Source: Lingula anatina
Lineage: Eukaryota > Animalia > Brachiopoda
Direction: 5' to 3'
DNA length: 64,000 bases
Assembly: GCA_051362555.1 (NCBI GenBank)
Contig: JBPQGU010000016.1
Span: 3,100,001 to 3,164,000, forward strand
The number at the start of each line of letters is the position of its first letter. Position 1 is the stretch's first letter. Positions 15,367-29,399 of this stretch are shown piece by piece. The translations under genes and the position numbers were made by a program. The notes beneath the pieces are model-generated. The model worked only from the letters and a program-made list of their open reading frames with translations. It had not been told where the DNA came from and did no database searches.

Positions 15367-16470
15367 ATGAATATACAACTTTCAAATAATTATTATGGAT
15401 TGATTTTATCAATTGCGTTCTTTTTTTCTTTTTTATATTTATTTTTAAGTTCATATAAAAAGAATTTTCCATTAATTTTTCAATTAATGATCGGAACTTT
15501 GTTTTCTATTCCTTTTTTAATATTAGGTTTTAGAATTTGAAGTTTAAATGATAATAAATTTTTAGATAAATTAAATGATTTTGATTCTTTAAATGATAAA
15601 ATTAAATTTTTCTTTGGAATTAATAATGGATTTAAAGGTTTATCTTTTCATGGTGGTTTTTTATTTGGTTTTATTTATTTTTTGTTTTTTTTTAATTGAT
15701 ATTCAAGAAAAACAAAAATTTCAAGATTATATTTATTTGATTGATTAATTCCATCAATTTTAATTATGCAAATTATTGGAAGGTTTGGTAATTATTTAAA
15801 TGATGAAATTTGAGGTAAAAATAATGAACCATTATTTTTATATGAAAGTATTGGTAATTTTATTATTTTAATAATTATTTTATTAATTGCACCTAATTTT
15901 TATAAATTTTTTTCTAAAAAACCATGAATTGATAATAAGTTTTTAGAAAGTAAATTATTAGATATTTTAAATAATGTTAAAAAAGAAAAAAATATTTTAA
16001 TAAAAATAAAACTATATTTAAAATATTTAAATCAAAAAAATATTTATTGAAATAATTCATTTAAAAGTTCTTTAAAATCTAGTGATTTTAAAGCTATAAA
16101 AATTTGAAATACACAAAATTTTTTTTATATAGAATTAAATAAAATTTTAAATGAAAAAAAAATTTGAAAAAGAAATATAAAAAAGATAAAATTATATTTT
16201 TTAAGGGATTCAAGAGAATTATTAAGAATTAATAATCCATTAAATTTTAAATTTATTAAAGTTGGAGTAATTTCTTGTTTATATGTAATATTGAGTTTCT
16301 CATTACGTTTGGGATTACAATTTTTAAGAAAAACAGAAGACACAATGGAAATAACTATTTATTTTTTAATTATTTGTATTTTAATTGCAATTATTTTTTT
16401 ATTTTTATTTCAATTTGTTTTTCCTAAAAAATTTAGATCAGTTAATTGATTTTATGAAAGTAGATATTAA
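15367..16470 (+). CDS. lgt: Prolipoprotein diacylglyceryl transferase
   Basis: Absent from ORF track (many TGA); GLSFHGG, QIIGRFGNYLNDEIWG, PLFLYES. Confidence 0.9.
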
Positions 16471-16475
16471 ATTAT

Positions 16476-17528
16476 ATGGATATATTGTTTAAAGAAGATT
16501 ATTTTAAGAACTTAAATATTAATTTGGTTTGAATACTTTTTTTAATAGGAGTTTTTTTTATGTTAGTTTCTTCAATAACAATTCCACGTTTATTGGTAAA
16601 TATATTAAAAAAAAGAAATGTTAGTCCAATTTTTATAGGTGTATTTTTTTTATCAATTATTACTTCTATACCTGAAATTATTTCAATATATTCTTTTTCA
16701 ACACAAGGTAAAGAAGGTGTAAAAGAAGCTTTAAGTAATATTTGAGGTGCTAATTTTTTAAGTATTACTGTAATTTGTATATTAGATTGTTTTTATATAA
16801 GAAATTTATTTTTTATTTCTACATCAAAATCATTAAAAAGAATTTCTATACTTGTAATTTTTTTTAATTTTATTTTTTTTCTTGTTACATTATTACCAGA
16901 AAATTTTAAATATTTTACAATTTCACATGTTAATATTTTGACAATTTTTATAATTTTAATTTATTTATTTTTTTTGATTTATCTTGAAATAAATTTTAGA
17001 AGAAAAAAAACTAAAAAAGATTCATTTAAAACAGAAACAATATATTATTTTAAATATAAAAAAAACAATGTTTTATTATTTTCATTAATTTTAATTTTAA
17101 TTTTTATTTTAGTTATTTCAATGTTATTTATTGTTTCTATAAGTGAAAAGATAAAAAAATATTATAATTTAAGTTCTGAAACAGTAGGTGGTTTGATATT
17201 TGGTTCATTAACATCTAGTCCAGAAATTTGAAGTTCACTTTCATTTTTTCAAATAGGTTTAGGATTAGCAGCAGTTGGTACTGTTTTAGGTAGTCATTTA
17301 TTTAATGTTGTTGCTTTTGTAAGTGTTGATTTTGTTTTAAAAGAAGGTTTAGTTGAAATTATTTCAGGTGAACAAAAAATGTTTATGTTTTTTGTTTTAT
17401 TAAATTCAACATTATTATTTATAAACATAATTCGTCCAATTAGTCATAAAAAACAAGATTATTTATTATTTCCTTTTTTAATAGTAACAACATTTATTTT
17501 AGGTTGAACATTAATTTTAAAATCATAA
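16476..17528 (+). CDS. Sodium/calcium exchanger (CaCA superfamily) membrane protein
   Basis: Two alpha-repeats: ITSIPE...SNIWGANF and LTSSPE...GTVLGSHLFN. Confidence 0.82.
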
Positions 17529-17566
17529 ATGTTTTCATAAAAATAATAAAGTAAAATAAAAATATA

Positions 17567-17836
17567 ATGATTCACACTGAAATATTAACTATATTAAAAA
17601 TTTTAGAAATTACAACATTAGTTTTTGCATGTTTATTAATTTTTATTAATTTTTTAAGACCATCACAAAATCAAGAATCAATTGGTTCAATTACTGGTGG
17701 TAGTACAGAGTTATTTGATGTAAAAAAAATAAATTTATCAAAATCAATTATATGAATTTTTTTATTATTTTTAATTTTAATTTTAGTAGTTTTAATAATA
17801 ACTATAAGAATTGTTATTTATTTTTTAGTAATATAA
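17567..17836 (+). CDS. secG: Preprotein translocase subunit SecG
   Basis: Two TM helices around SIGSITGGSTELF; upstream of smpB. Confidence 0.8.
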
Positions 17837-17851
17837 AAAAATAAAATTAAG

Positions 17852-18283
17852 ATGAAAAAAAAACGTTTTTTATCATATTTAAATAAAAAAGCTAGTTTTA
17901 AATATGAATTAATTAATAAATTAGAAGTTGGATTAGTTCTTAAAGGAATTGAAGTTAAACAAATAATTAATGGAGATTTTGATATGACAAATTCTTTTTG
18001 TTTGATTTCAAAAAATAAAGAATTATTTTTAGAAAATTTTTTAATTAATAAAAATATAAGATCAATAAAATTGTTAGCAAATAAAAAAGAAATATTAAAT
18101 TTAGATTTTAAAAAAAATAAATTAAAAGCAACAATTGTACCTTTAAAAATATATTTTAAAAAAAATAAAATAAAATTAGAAATTTCTATTGGTAAAGGTA
18201 AAAAAAAATATGATAAAAAGAAACAATTAATTGAAAAAGAAAAAAAGAAAGAAATAGATAAACAAGTTAAAAAAATATATTAA
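17852..18283 (+). CDS. smpB: SsrA-binding protein
   Basis: NKKASFKY, GLVLKGIEVK, KLL, GKGKKKYDKK. Confidence 0.95.
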   Translation: MKKKRFLSYLNKKASFKYELINKLEVGLVLKGIEVKQIINGDFDMTNSFCLISKNKELFLENFLINKNIRSIKLLANKKEILNLDFKKNKLKATIVPLKIYFKKNKIKLEISIGKGKKKYDKKKQLIEKEKKKEIDKQVKKIY

Positions 18284-18314
18284 AAATAATATAATAATTT
18301 TAAGTAAAAGATTT

Positions 18315-18695
18315 GGGGATGTATTAGTTTCGACAAGGATATTTATTTTTTTGCAAGCAGTGGTTAGGAACCTAATTTCTAAAAAAATTTTTGGGTTAAT
18401 AAATGCAAATTATTTATATCAACCAGTAGAACAAACACAACAAATGTTTGTTTAATTTAGTAATAAATTTTTTACTAAAATGAATCAAGTAGATTTTTTT
18501 GTTAGTCTTTTGATTTATTAAGAATATAACAAAATCGAATAATAAATTTATCAATTATTATTTTAAAAAAAAGATAAAAATTTTTATAAAATTTTACTTA
18601 TTTATTTTATAAAGTTAATTTTTTAAATAAGTAAACTGTAGAAAACAAAAAAGTATTTTTTTTGGAAACGGGTGCAAATCCCGTCATCTCCACCA
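18315..18695 (+). ncRNA. ssrA: tmRNA
   Basis: 5' GGGGATGTA..TTCGAC, 3' CGGGTGCAAATCCCGTCATCTCCACCA; follows smpB; internal tag ORF at 18405-18455. Confidence 0.93.
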
Positions 18696-18705
18696 TTTTT
18701 AAATT

Positions 18706-19290
18706 ATGAGTAATAAAATAAATTTTTGAATATCTCTTGTTATTTTAATAATTATATTTTTGTATGTATTTATTAATTTTTTGTTTTTTTTAAAAAAGAA
18801 ACATATTAAATTTAATGTTATGTCATTTAAAAATGAAAAAAATAAATATATTATTCAAGAAATTGTTAGAGCATTAGAAAATTTATCTAAAAATAAAATT
18901 GGTGCAACAATTATTTTTGAAAAAAATAATATTATTGATTCTTTATTAACTGCTGAGGGTACAAGATTAAATTCTGAAATTTCTTCTGATTTAATTTTTA
19001 CAATTTTTGCATTTAAAAACAATCAATTACATGATGGTGCAATGATTATAGATATGGATTTAAAAATTAAATCAGTGGGTTGTTTTTTACCAATTAAAAA
19101 AATAAAAAAAGTTAGTAAAAATTTAGGTGCAAGACATAGAGCTGCACAAACAATTACTTCTATGATAAATGTTGTTGCAGTTGTTGTTTCAGAAAGAGAT
19201 GGAAGTATTAGTTGTTTTTATAAAAATAAAAATGAATTAAAATCAAAAGATGTTTCAAAAATTTTAGAATGATTAAAAAAGGAAGTTTAA
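18706..19290 (+). CDS. cdaA: Diadenylate cyclase (DAC domain, single N-terminal TM; CdaA/CdaM type)
   Basis: KIGATIIFE, LHDGAMII, LGARHRAA, VVSERDG. Confidence 0.92.
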
Positions 19291-19293
19291 ATA

Positions 19294-20742
19294 ATGGCTA
19301 ATTTAAAAGAAATTGTAAATAAAGATCTTTTTTTAAAAAAAGACTTATTTGATGCAATTAATTCAAAATCAGTACTTAAAATACGAAATATTGTAGAAAA
19401 ATTAGATGAAAAAGACATTGCACTTTTTTTAAATGAACTTCCAACAAATCAACAATTTTTTTTTATTCGTTCTTTACCAACTGTTGTAGCAGCAGAAATT
19501 ATTAATGCATTAGATGATGAAATTTTAGAAAAAATAATTAATTCATTAACAAAAGTTGAAACACAAAAAATTATTAGTTTTTTATATTCAGATGATATTG
19601 TTGATTTAATTGAAGATCTTCCACCAAAACTTGTAAACAAAATTCTTAAATCTTGTTCATCAAAACAAAGAAAAAATATTAATCATATTCTTAATTACAC
19701 AGAAGGAACCGTTGGTTATGAAATGAATGTTGATTTTATTAAGTTAAAAGAAACTTCAAAAATTTCTGAAGTTATTGAAGAAGTTAAATTAAATATTGTA
19801 AATAAAATTCCTGAAGAACAAAAGTATTTTTATGTTGTTGATAATTCAGATAGATTAGTAGGATATGTAAGTACTTTGGATTTATTTATTAATTCTGATT
19901 TAAAGAATAAAACAATTAAATTTTTAGTTAAAAAAGATGTTGTTTCTATAAGTGTTTTTGAAAGTAAAGATAAACTTAGTGAAATACTTCAAAAATATGA
20001 AATATCACATTTACCAGTTGTTGATATGAATGAAAGATTGATTGGTGTTATTGATACTGAACAATCTCTTGAAATAATGCAAGATGTTGAAATAGAAGAT
20101 GTAAACAGACAAGTTGGTATTACTAAGTCAGGTTTTAAAAAATATTTTGAATTAGATATTCTTGAAATGTTTAAGAGTCGTATTTTTTGATTAGGAATAA
20201 CATTTTTAATATCAACTATTTCACAGTTAATTTTAAAGTTATTTTTAGATAGTGATAATTCTATTCCAAATACATCTTTTATAAAAGTTATAATACCTTA
20301 TTTACCATTTATATTAACTTTGGTTGGAAATGTTGCTTTACAATCTACAGCTATGATTATAAAAAATATTACTTTAAATGAAGTTACTAAAGGTAATTAT
20401 TTTAAAGCTTTTGTTAAAGAATTTAAAGTTTCTATGTTAATATTATTTTCAATTATTATTTTAAATGTTCCAAGAGTTTTAATAATTGATTTAATTATTG
20501 ATTTTAAAGATTTTAAAATTGAAATTTTTCAAAATGAATATTGAAAAAATTTAGGTATAGCAACACTTGTAATTATTATTTCATTATCATTATCAGTATT
20601 TTTATCTGCAGGACTTCCAATTCTTGCAACAAATTTTAATAAAGATCCATCTTTAATGTCATCTCCTTTACTTACAACACTTATAGATTTATCAACAACA
20701 TTAATAGCTTTATTATTAGGTTTTTTAATTTTAGGTTCATAA
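19294..20742 (+). CDS. mgtE: Magnesium transporter MgtE
   Basis: MgtE N-domain (SDDIVDLIEDLP), CBS pair, GNVALQS, DPSLMSSPLLTTLID. Confidence 0.95.
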
Positions 20743-20770
20743 AAGATATAATAGATTTTAATAATATATT

Positions 20771-20847
20771 GGTGTATGTGGCGAAGTGGTTAACGCATCG
20801 GGTTGTGGTTCCGACATTCGTGGGTTCGAATCCCATCATTCACCCCA
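20771..20847 (+). tRNA. tRNA-His(GTG)
   Basis: Cloverleaf, anticodon arm TCGGG-TTGTGGT-TCCGA, TTCGAAT T-loop, encoded G-1 and CCA. Confidence 0.95.
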
Positions 20848-20865
20848 TTTAAGAAAAAATAATTA

Positions 20866-21411
20866 ATGGATAATAAAAAAACAAAATTAATAATTGGCCC
20901 AATGTTTGCTGGTAAAACCACAAAATTAATAAAAATTATTAAATATTTTTCTAATAAAAACAAAAAAATTTTAGTTTTTAAACCTATTGTTGATAATAGA
21001 AAAAAGAAAGATTATATTGTTTGTCATAATCACTTAATTTATCCTGTAATACCAATTAAAGATTCAAATGAAATTTTAAAAATAATAAATTTAAATAAAA
21101 AAGTAGATTTAATTTTTTTTAGTGAAGTACAATTTTTTGATGAAAATTTTATTGAAAATATTAAAAAAATACAAGATAAAAAAATATCAATGTTTTTTTC
21201 TGGTTTATCTTATGATTATAAAAAAGAAGTTTTTAAAATTATTGAAGAATTAAAAACAATTGTAAATAAAATTGAATACCGTTTTGCAGGTTGTAATATT
21301 TGTTTTGAAAAAGCACCATTTTCAAAAAGAATTTCAAAAGAAAAAAATGTTATTTTAATTGGTGGTAAAGAATTTTATATACCAGTTTGTAAAAAATGTT
21401 ATGAAAAATAA
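20866..21411 (+). CDS. tdk: Thymidine kinase
   Basis: GPMFAGKT, FKPIVDNR, SEVQFF, CNIC, IGGKEFYIPVCKKC. Confidence 0.95.
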   Translation: MDNKKTKLIIGPMFAGKTTKLIKIIKYFSNKNKKILVFKPIVDNRKKKDYIVCHNHLIYPVIPIKDSNEILKIINLNKKVDLIFFSEVQFFDENFIENIKKIQDKKISMFFSGLSYDYKKEVFKIIEELKTIVNKIEYRFAGCNICFEKAPFSKRISKEKNVILIGGKEFYIPVCKKCYEK

Positions 21412-21967
21412 CAAAAAATTAAGTATTTGTATTGTTGGTTGCGAATGTGTAGGAAAAACAACTTTAATTAAAAAACTTTCTATTTTTTTAAATGAACCAT
21501 TTGCAATTGAGTATGGTAAATTTTATTGTAAAAATAAAATAAAAAATGGTTATATTAAAAATAATAAAATTAATACAACTAAAAAAGATTTTGAAAATAT
21601 TGTTTATATGCAAAAAAAGATAAATAAAAAAATAAAAGAAAAATCTAAAAAAATTTTTTTAAGAGATACAGATTTTATTTTTACAAGATATTTTTATTCA
21701 AAACAATTTAATGATTTTTTATGATTAGATAAAGAAATTAAAAAACAAGAAATAGATATATTTTTTTATATTCAAAATAAAAATATATATCCTAGAGAAA
21801 ATACAATTATAAATTTAAAAAATTTTGAAAAAGAAAATAACAAACTTTTAAATTTATATAAATTTTTTTTTAAAAAAAAATTATTTGTAATAGAAAGTAT
21901 TGATCAAGAATATATTTTTAATAAAATAGTTGATTTTTTAACAAAATATGGAATTTTTAAAAATTAA
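21401..21967 (+). CDS. NadR-type P-loop kinase (ribosylnicotinamide kinase/AAA_28-like)
   Basis: ICIVGCECVGKTTL, EYGK, FLRDTD pattern matches the NadR C-terminal kinase domain. Confidence 0.65.
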
Positions 21968-22394
21968 AATTAAATCATTAAAAGAATTACAAAAATTTAT
22001 TAAGAAATTATTTAAATGTATACCTAAAGATACAATAATTCTTTTATATGGTGAATTAGGAGTTGGTAAAACACAATTTACAAAATTTTTTGCAAATGAA
22101 TTGTTAATTAAAGAAACAGTAATATCGCCAACATTTATTAAAATGAATTTATACAAGGGAAAAAATGGTGATTTATTACATATAGATGGATATTATTTAA
22201 ATAAAAATATAAATTTATATGAGTTTATAGAATATTTTGATAATAGATATGTAATTATTGAATGACCAGATGCATTTATAAATTATTTAAAAGATTATTT
22301 TGTTGTTAATATAAATATAAAATATTTAAAAGAAAAAGAAGAAAGAGAATTAGAAATTAAAACAAGTAAAGAGATTTTAAATTTTTTAAAATAA
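21948..22394 (+). CDS. tsaE: tRNA threonylcarbamoyladenosine biosynthesis ATPase TsaE
   Basis: GELGVGKT, SPTF, HIDGY, IIEWPD. Confidence 0.93.
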
Positions 22395-22401
22395 ATATAA
22401 T

Positions 22402-22962
22402 ATGAAAAATAAATTATTTTTTTTTGTTGTAAGTACATATGCAGTTATGGGTCTTTTAAAAGATTATAAATTTATTGATTTTAAAAAAATTGAAATTAAT
22501 AATAATTTATCTGAAAAAATAATTACTTCAATAAGTCAATTTATTAATAAAAATTTAATTCATTGAAATGAAATAGATTTAGTTTATTCAAATATTGAAC
22601 CCGGAAGACATACAAATACAAGAATAACAACTGTTTTTTTAAGAATGATTAAAGTTTTAAATACAAATATTGAAATTAAAATAATAAATACACTTAGATT
22701 TTTAGCATTTAATGAAGAAGCTATTGTATGTACATTTGTAACAAAAAAATTATTAGATGCAGCATATTTTAAAGGTGGAAAACAAATAGAATTTTTTAAT
22801 AAAATTTCAAAAGAAGAAATTAAAAATATAATAAATAATAAATTTAATAATTTAAAAATAATTTCTGATTATTCTGATTTAGATTTTAAAGAAAGATTTT
22901 TAAAATTAGAAAATTATTTTAAAGTTATAGAATTTAAAGATATAAAAAATACAAAAAATTAA
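22402..22962 (+). CDS. tsaB: TsaB (YeaZ)-like protein, divergent
   Basis: Follows tsaE; LSEKI...IDLVYSNIEPGRHTNTRI aligns to the GPGSFTGLRI motif; INTL. Confidence 0.65.
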
Positions 22963-22977
22963 TATAAATAAAAAATT

Positions 22978-25320
22978 ATGATGCAATATTCACACAGTAA
23001 AATTGAAAAAAAATGACAAAAATTTTGAGAAGAAAATAAAACTTTTTCAACAAATTTAGATGATAATTCTAAAAAAAAATTTTATGTTTTAGATATGTTT
23101 CCATATCCATCTGGTAATGGATTACATGTTGGACATATAAGGGGTTATTTAGCAACTGATATTATTACTAAAATAAAGAAAATGCAAGGATTTAATGTTT
23201 TTCATCCTATGGGTTTTGATAGTTTTGGTTTACCAACAGAGCAATATGCTATTAGAAAAGGTATGGATCCTTACAAATTTACAGATGATAATATTAATAA
23301 TTTTTTATATCAATTAAAAACTGTTGGTTTTGGTTATGATACAGAAAAAATAATAAAAACATCTGATCCTGAATTTTATAAGTGAACACAATGAACTTTT
23401 ATACAAATGTTTAAAAAAGGTTTGGTTGAATATAAAGATGTAAATGTTAATTTTTCTCCAGAATTAAATACAGTTCTTGCAAATGAAGAGATTGAAAAAA
23501 AAGATGGAAAAATGGTTTCTGAAAGAGGTGGGTATCCTGTTTTTAGAATTAAAAAGAAACAATGATTGATAGATATTACAAAATATGGTAGAGAATTATT
23601 AGATGGTTTAAAAGATATTGATTGACCAGAATCTATAAAAAAAATTCAAAAAAATTGAATTGGTTTGATAAATGGTTTTGAAATATATTTAAATTTTTTT
23701 AATAATAAAAATAAAATTTCAGTTTTTATAAGTGATTTATTAGATTTAAAAGATGTAAAATTTGTTGTTTTTGCAATACAAAATGATTCTTTAGATAGTT
23801 TATTAGATTTAAATATTTTAAAACAAATAAAAAAATTAAGAATAGATTTAAAATCAAAACCATTAATTGATATTGAACAAGTTGATAAAAAACCATTAGG
23901 ATTAAATTCAAATTTAAAATTAATAAATCCATTAACAAATGAAATTTTACCAATATATTTTGCAGAATATATTGATCCTGATTTTGCAAATGGTATTCAT
24001 TTTGGTATCCCAAATAAAGAATATAAAGATAGAGTTTTTTTAAAATTTCATAAAATTTCAGAATTTCAAAAAAATAAAGAAATTTTAAATGAAGAAATAA
24101 AAAAAGAAATTAGAGATAATATTTTTAATAAATTAAAAAATTCAATAAAAAAAACATATTATTTTAAAATTAAAAAATGAGTTTTTTCAAGACAACGTTA
24201 TTGAGGTGAACCATTTCCAATTAAATTTGATAAAAATGGTGTTCCTAAAACTATTGAAGAAAAACTATTACCATTAATATTACCAAAAATAGAAAGTTCT
24301 AAATTAAAAAATTTATCAAAATCTGAACCACTTTCTTCTATTAAAGAATGAGTTGAAAATAAATATGATACAAATGTTATGCCTCAATGAGCAGGTAGTT
24401 GTTGATATTTTTTGGCTTATTTAATGAAAGATAAAAATAAATATTTACCATTAAATAGTAAAAAAGCAAAAAAAAGATTTAATAATTGAATGCCAGTTGA
24501 TCTTTATATTGGTGGTCAAGAACATGCTTCATCACATTTAATATATTCACGTTTTTGAAATTATTTTTTAAATAAAATTAATATTTTAAATATTAAAGAA
24601 CCATTTAAAAAATTAAGAAATCAAGGAATGATTTTAGCTGAAAATGGTAAAAAGATGTCAAAATCTAAAGGTAATGTTGTAAATCCATTAGAATTTATTG
24701 ATTCTCATGGTGCAGATGCATTAAGATTACATGAAAAATTTTTAGGACCAATTACAGATCATATTGAATGAAATGAAAAAACAATAGATTCAATGAGAAA
24801 ATGATTATCAAGAATTTATGTTTTATTTATAAAAGAAAATTTTTGAGTTGATAAAACTTGTCAAAAAACAAATTTATTTTTTGCTAAAACAGTAAAAAAT
24901 ATTACTGAAAATTATGAAAAATTAAATTTTAATGTTGCAATTTCACAATTAATGAGTTTTATAAATTATTGTTATAAAAATAAAAAAATTCAAAAAAAAC
25001 ATGGTGAGGTTTTTTTAAAATTATTAGCTCCTATTGCACCACATTTATCAGAAGAAATTTGAAGTTTATTAGGAAATAAAAAATCAATTTTTGAATATAA
25101 ATGACCAACAATTGATGAAAAAGATTTAATACAAAATAATATAAAAATAATTGTTCAGTTAAATGGTAAAGTTAAAAATGTTTTTGAAATAAAAAAAGAT
25201 TCATTAAAAGATGAAATTATATCAATTGCTAAATTAGAAATATCTGATTTTTTAATTAATAAAAAAATAAAAAAAATTATATTTGTTAAAAATAAAATAG
25301 TTAATTTTGTTGTTATTTAA
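22978..25320 (+). CDS. leuS: Leucine--tRNA ligase
   Basis: [42 protein letters not shown]. Confidence 0.97.
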
Positions 25321-25351
25321 ATCAATTATAAAAAATGATAAAATAATAATA

Positions 25352-25993
25352 ATGAGTTTACCAAATATTGGAATTTCTTTAGTAAACGAGAATAAGACAG
25401 AAGTTTTACAAGTTTTACAAGGTGTAACTAGGTATATTAATATAATTTATGTCCAAAAAAAATTATTGGATAATGAAGGTATTGATTTTTTATTTTTTTT
25501 AATTAAAAGATATCCAAAAAAAAATATTATTTTAGATTTAGATGGAATAAAAAAAGTTCCAGATAATTTTGAAAAAATTATTAAAAAATCTAAAATAAAT
25601 GAATTTATTGTACCTTTTGAAATGCCAGAACAAGAATTATTAAAATTATTAAAAATAATTAAAACAAATGATAAAAAAGTAATTTTAAAAGGATTAGAGT
25701 TTGATATTAAATTTTTAATAAAAAATAATATTAGAAAAGTTTTTTTTTATAAAAATTTTAAAGAATTTGAAAAAAATCTTTGAACAAAAGAAGAATTAAA
25801 AAAAATAAATGAAATTATAAGAAGTAATTTTTATGTTATTGTTGGTGATCTTTTAGAAAATGTTATTAATCAATTCAACGAAACACCAATTCATGAAATA
25901 ACTATTGGAAGAGAAGTTTGTTATTCTTTTAATCCTATAAAAACTTGTAAAAGTATTTATCTTTTGTTAAAAGAAATTTTTTCTGATTTATAG
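25352..25993 (+). CDS. Degenerate 3-keto-L-gulonate-6-phosphate decarboxylase / HPS-KGPDC (UlaD/SgbH) family protein
   Basis: MSLP start, NEG..RYPKKNIILD, WTKEEL, PIHEITIGREV...NP align along E. coli UlaD as recalled; most catalytic residues substituted. Confidence 0.6.
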
Positions 25994-26034
25994 TAAAATA
26001 TTTTTTATTAAAGGGAATTTAAATTTATAAAAAA

Positions 26035-27072
26035 ATGTTTGGTTTTAAGAGTATTTTTGTAAGACAATATCCATTTTTTATTTTTTTAAATTTAGAAAGA
26101 GATAAAGAACATTTTGAATTAATAAAAAAAGAAATAAGTAATTTTATTTCTTTTTTGATAATTTTATCTATTTTTTCTCTTGAAGTTTTAAGGTTAGTTC
26201 CAAATAATTTTTTTTTAAATGAATATTGAATTTTTTGATCAAAAATTTTAGTTTTAAGTTTATTATTTATTTTTTATCTTTTTTTTTCTATAAAGTATAA
26301 TGAAAAAAAATTATGAATAAAATATTTTCCATTATTTATTTATTTTTTATTTAAAACATCTTGTATTTTAATAGAAGAAATTTTTTTACAACCTTTTATA
26401 ATTAATAAAGTTCAAAATAATATTAAAAATAAAGATTTTTTTATAAATTTACCTAATATTTTAGGATTTTTTATATTTTTTTTTGGTACAATTATTTTTT
26501 GAACTTTTAACAATGAATATAGAGAAAAAACAATAAAAAGAATAAAAGAAAATCCAAAATCTTTTCTTTTTTTTTCTTTTTTTATTATTATGCTTTTATT
26601 ATTTTTATATAGAAATTTTTTTTTTAATTATACTGAAAATGAAAATAATATTGAAATTAAGAGTTCACAAAATGAAGAAAATTTAAAAATTTCATTACAA
26701 AGTAAAGATATTTTTGTTAAATTAATTACTTTATTTTCTATATTTTTAATTGCGCCACTTTGAGAAGAAATTTTTTATAGATATTTTATTTATGTTTTGG
26801 TTGGAAGAAATAGTGTTTTTTTATTTTTATTAATTAGTTGTTTCTTATTTTCTATTACACATATGCAAGTAGAAGAGTTTGAAAATGTAGAAAATTTTTT
26901 AGATGTTATAAAAATTTTATTTAGTAAAAATTTCTTGTCTTATTGAAGAGATTCGGTATTTTTAGGTTTATTCTTTTTAATTACTTCTGGTGATTTAATT
27001 TACAATCATATTTTGCATTTTTCAATGAATTTTTTAACATTTTTAAATTTAGGATATTTAATATATTTATAA
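26035..27072 (+). CDS. CPBP (Abi/CAAX) family intramembrane metalloprotease
   Basis: IAPLWEEIFYR, FSITH, HILHFSMN motifs; multi-TM. Confidence 0.85.
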
Positions 27073-27091
27073 TTTTTAATAAAAAATAAAA

Positions 27092-29386
<2,295 letters not shown>

Positions 29387-29399
29387 AATATAAATAATT

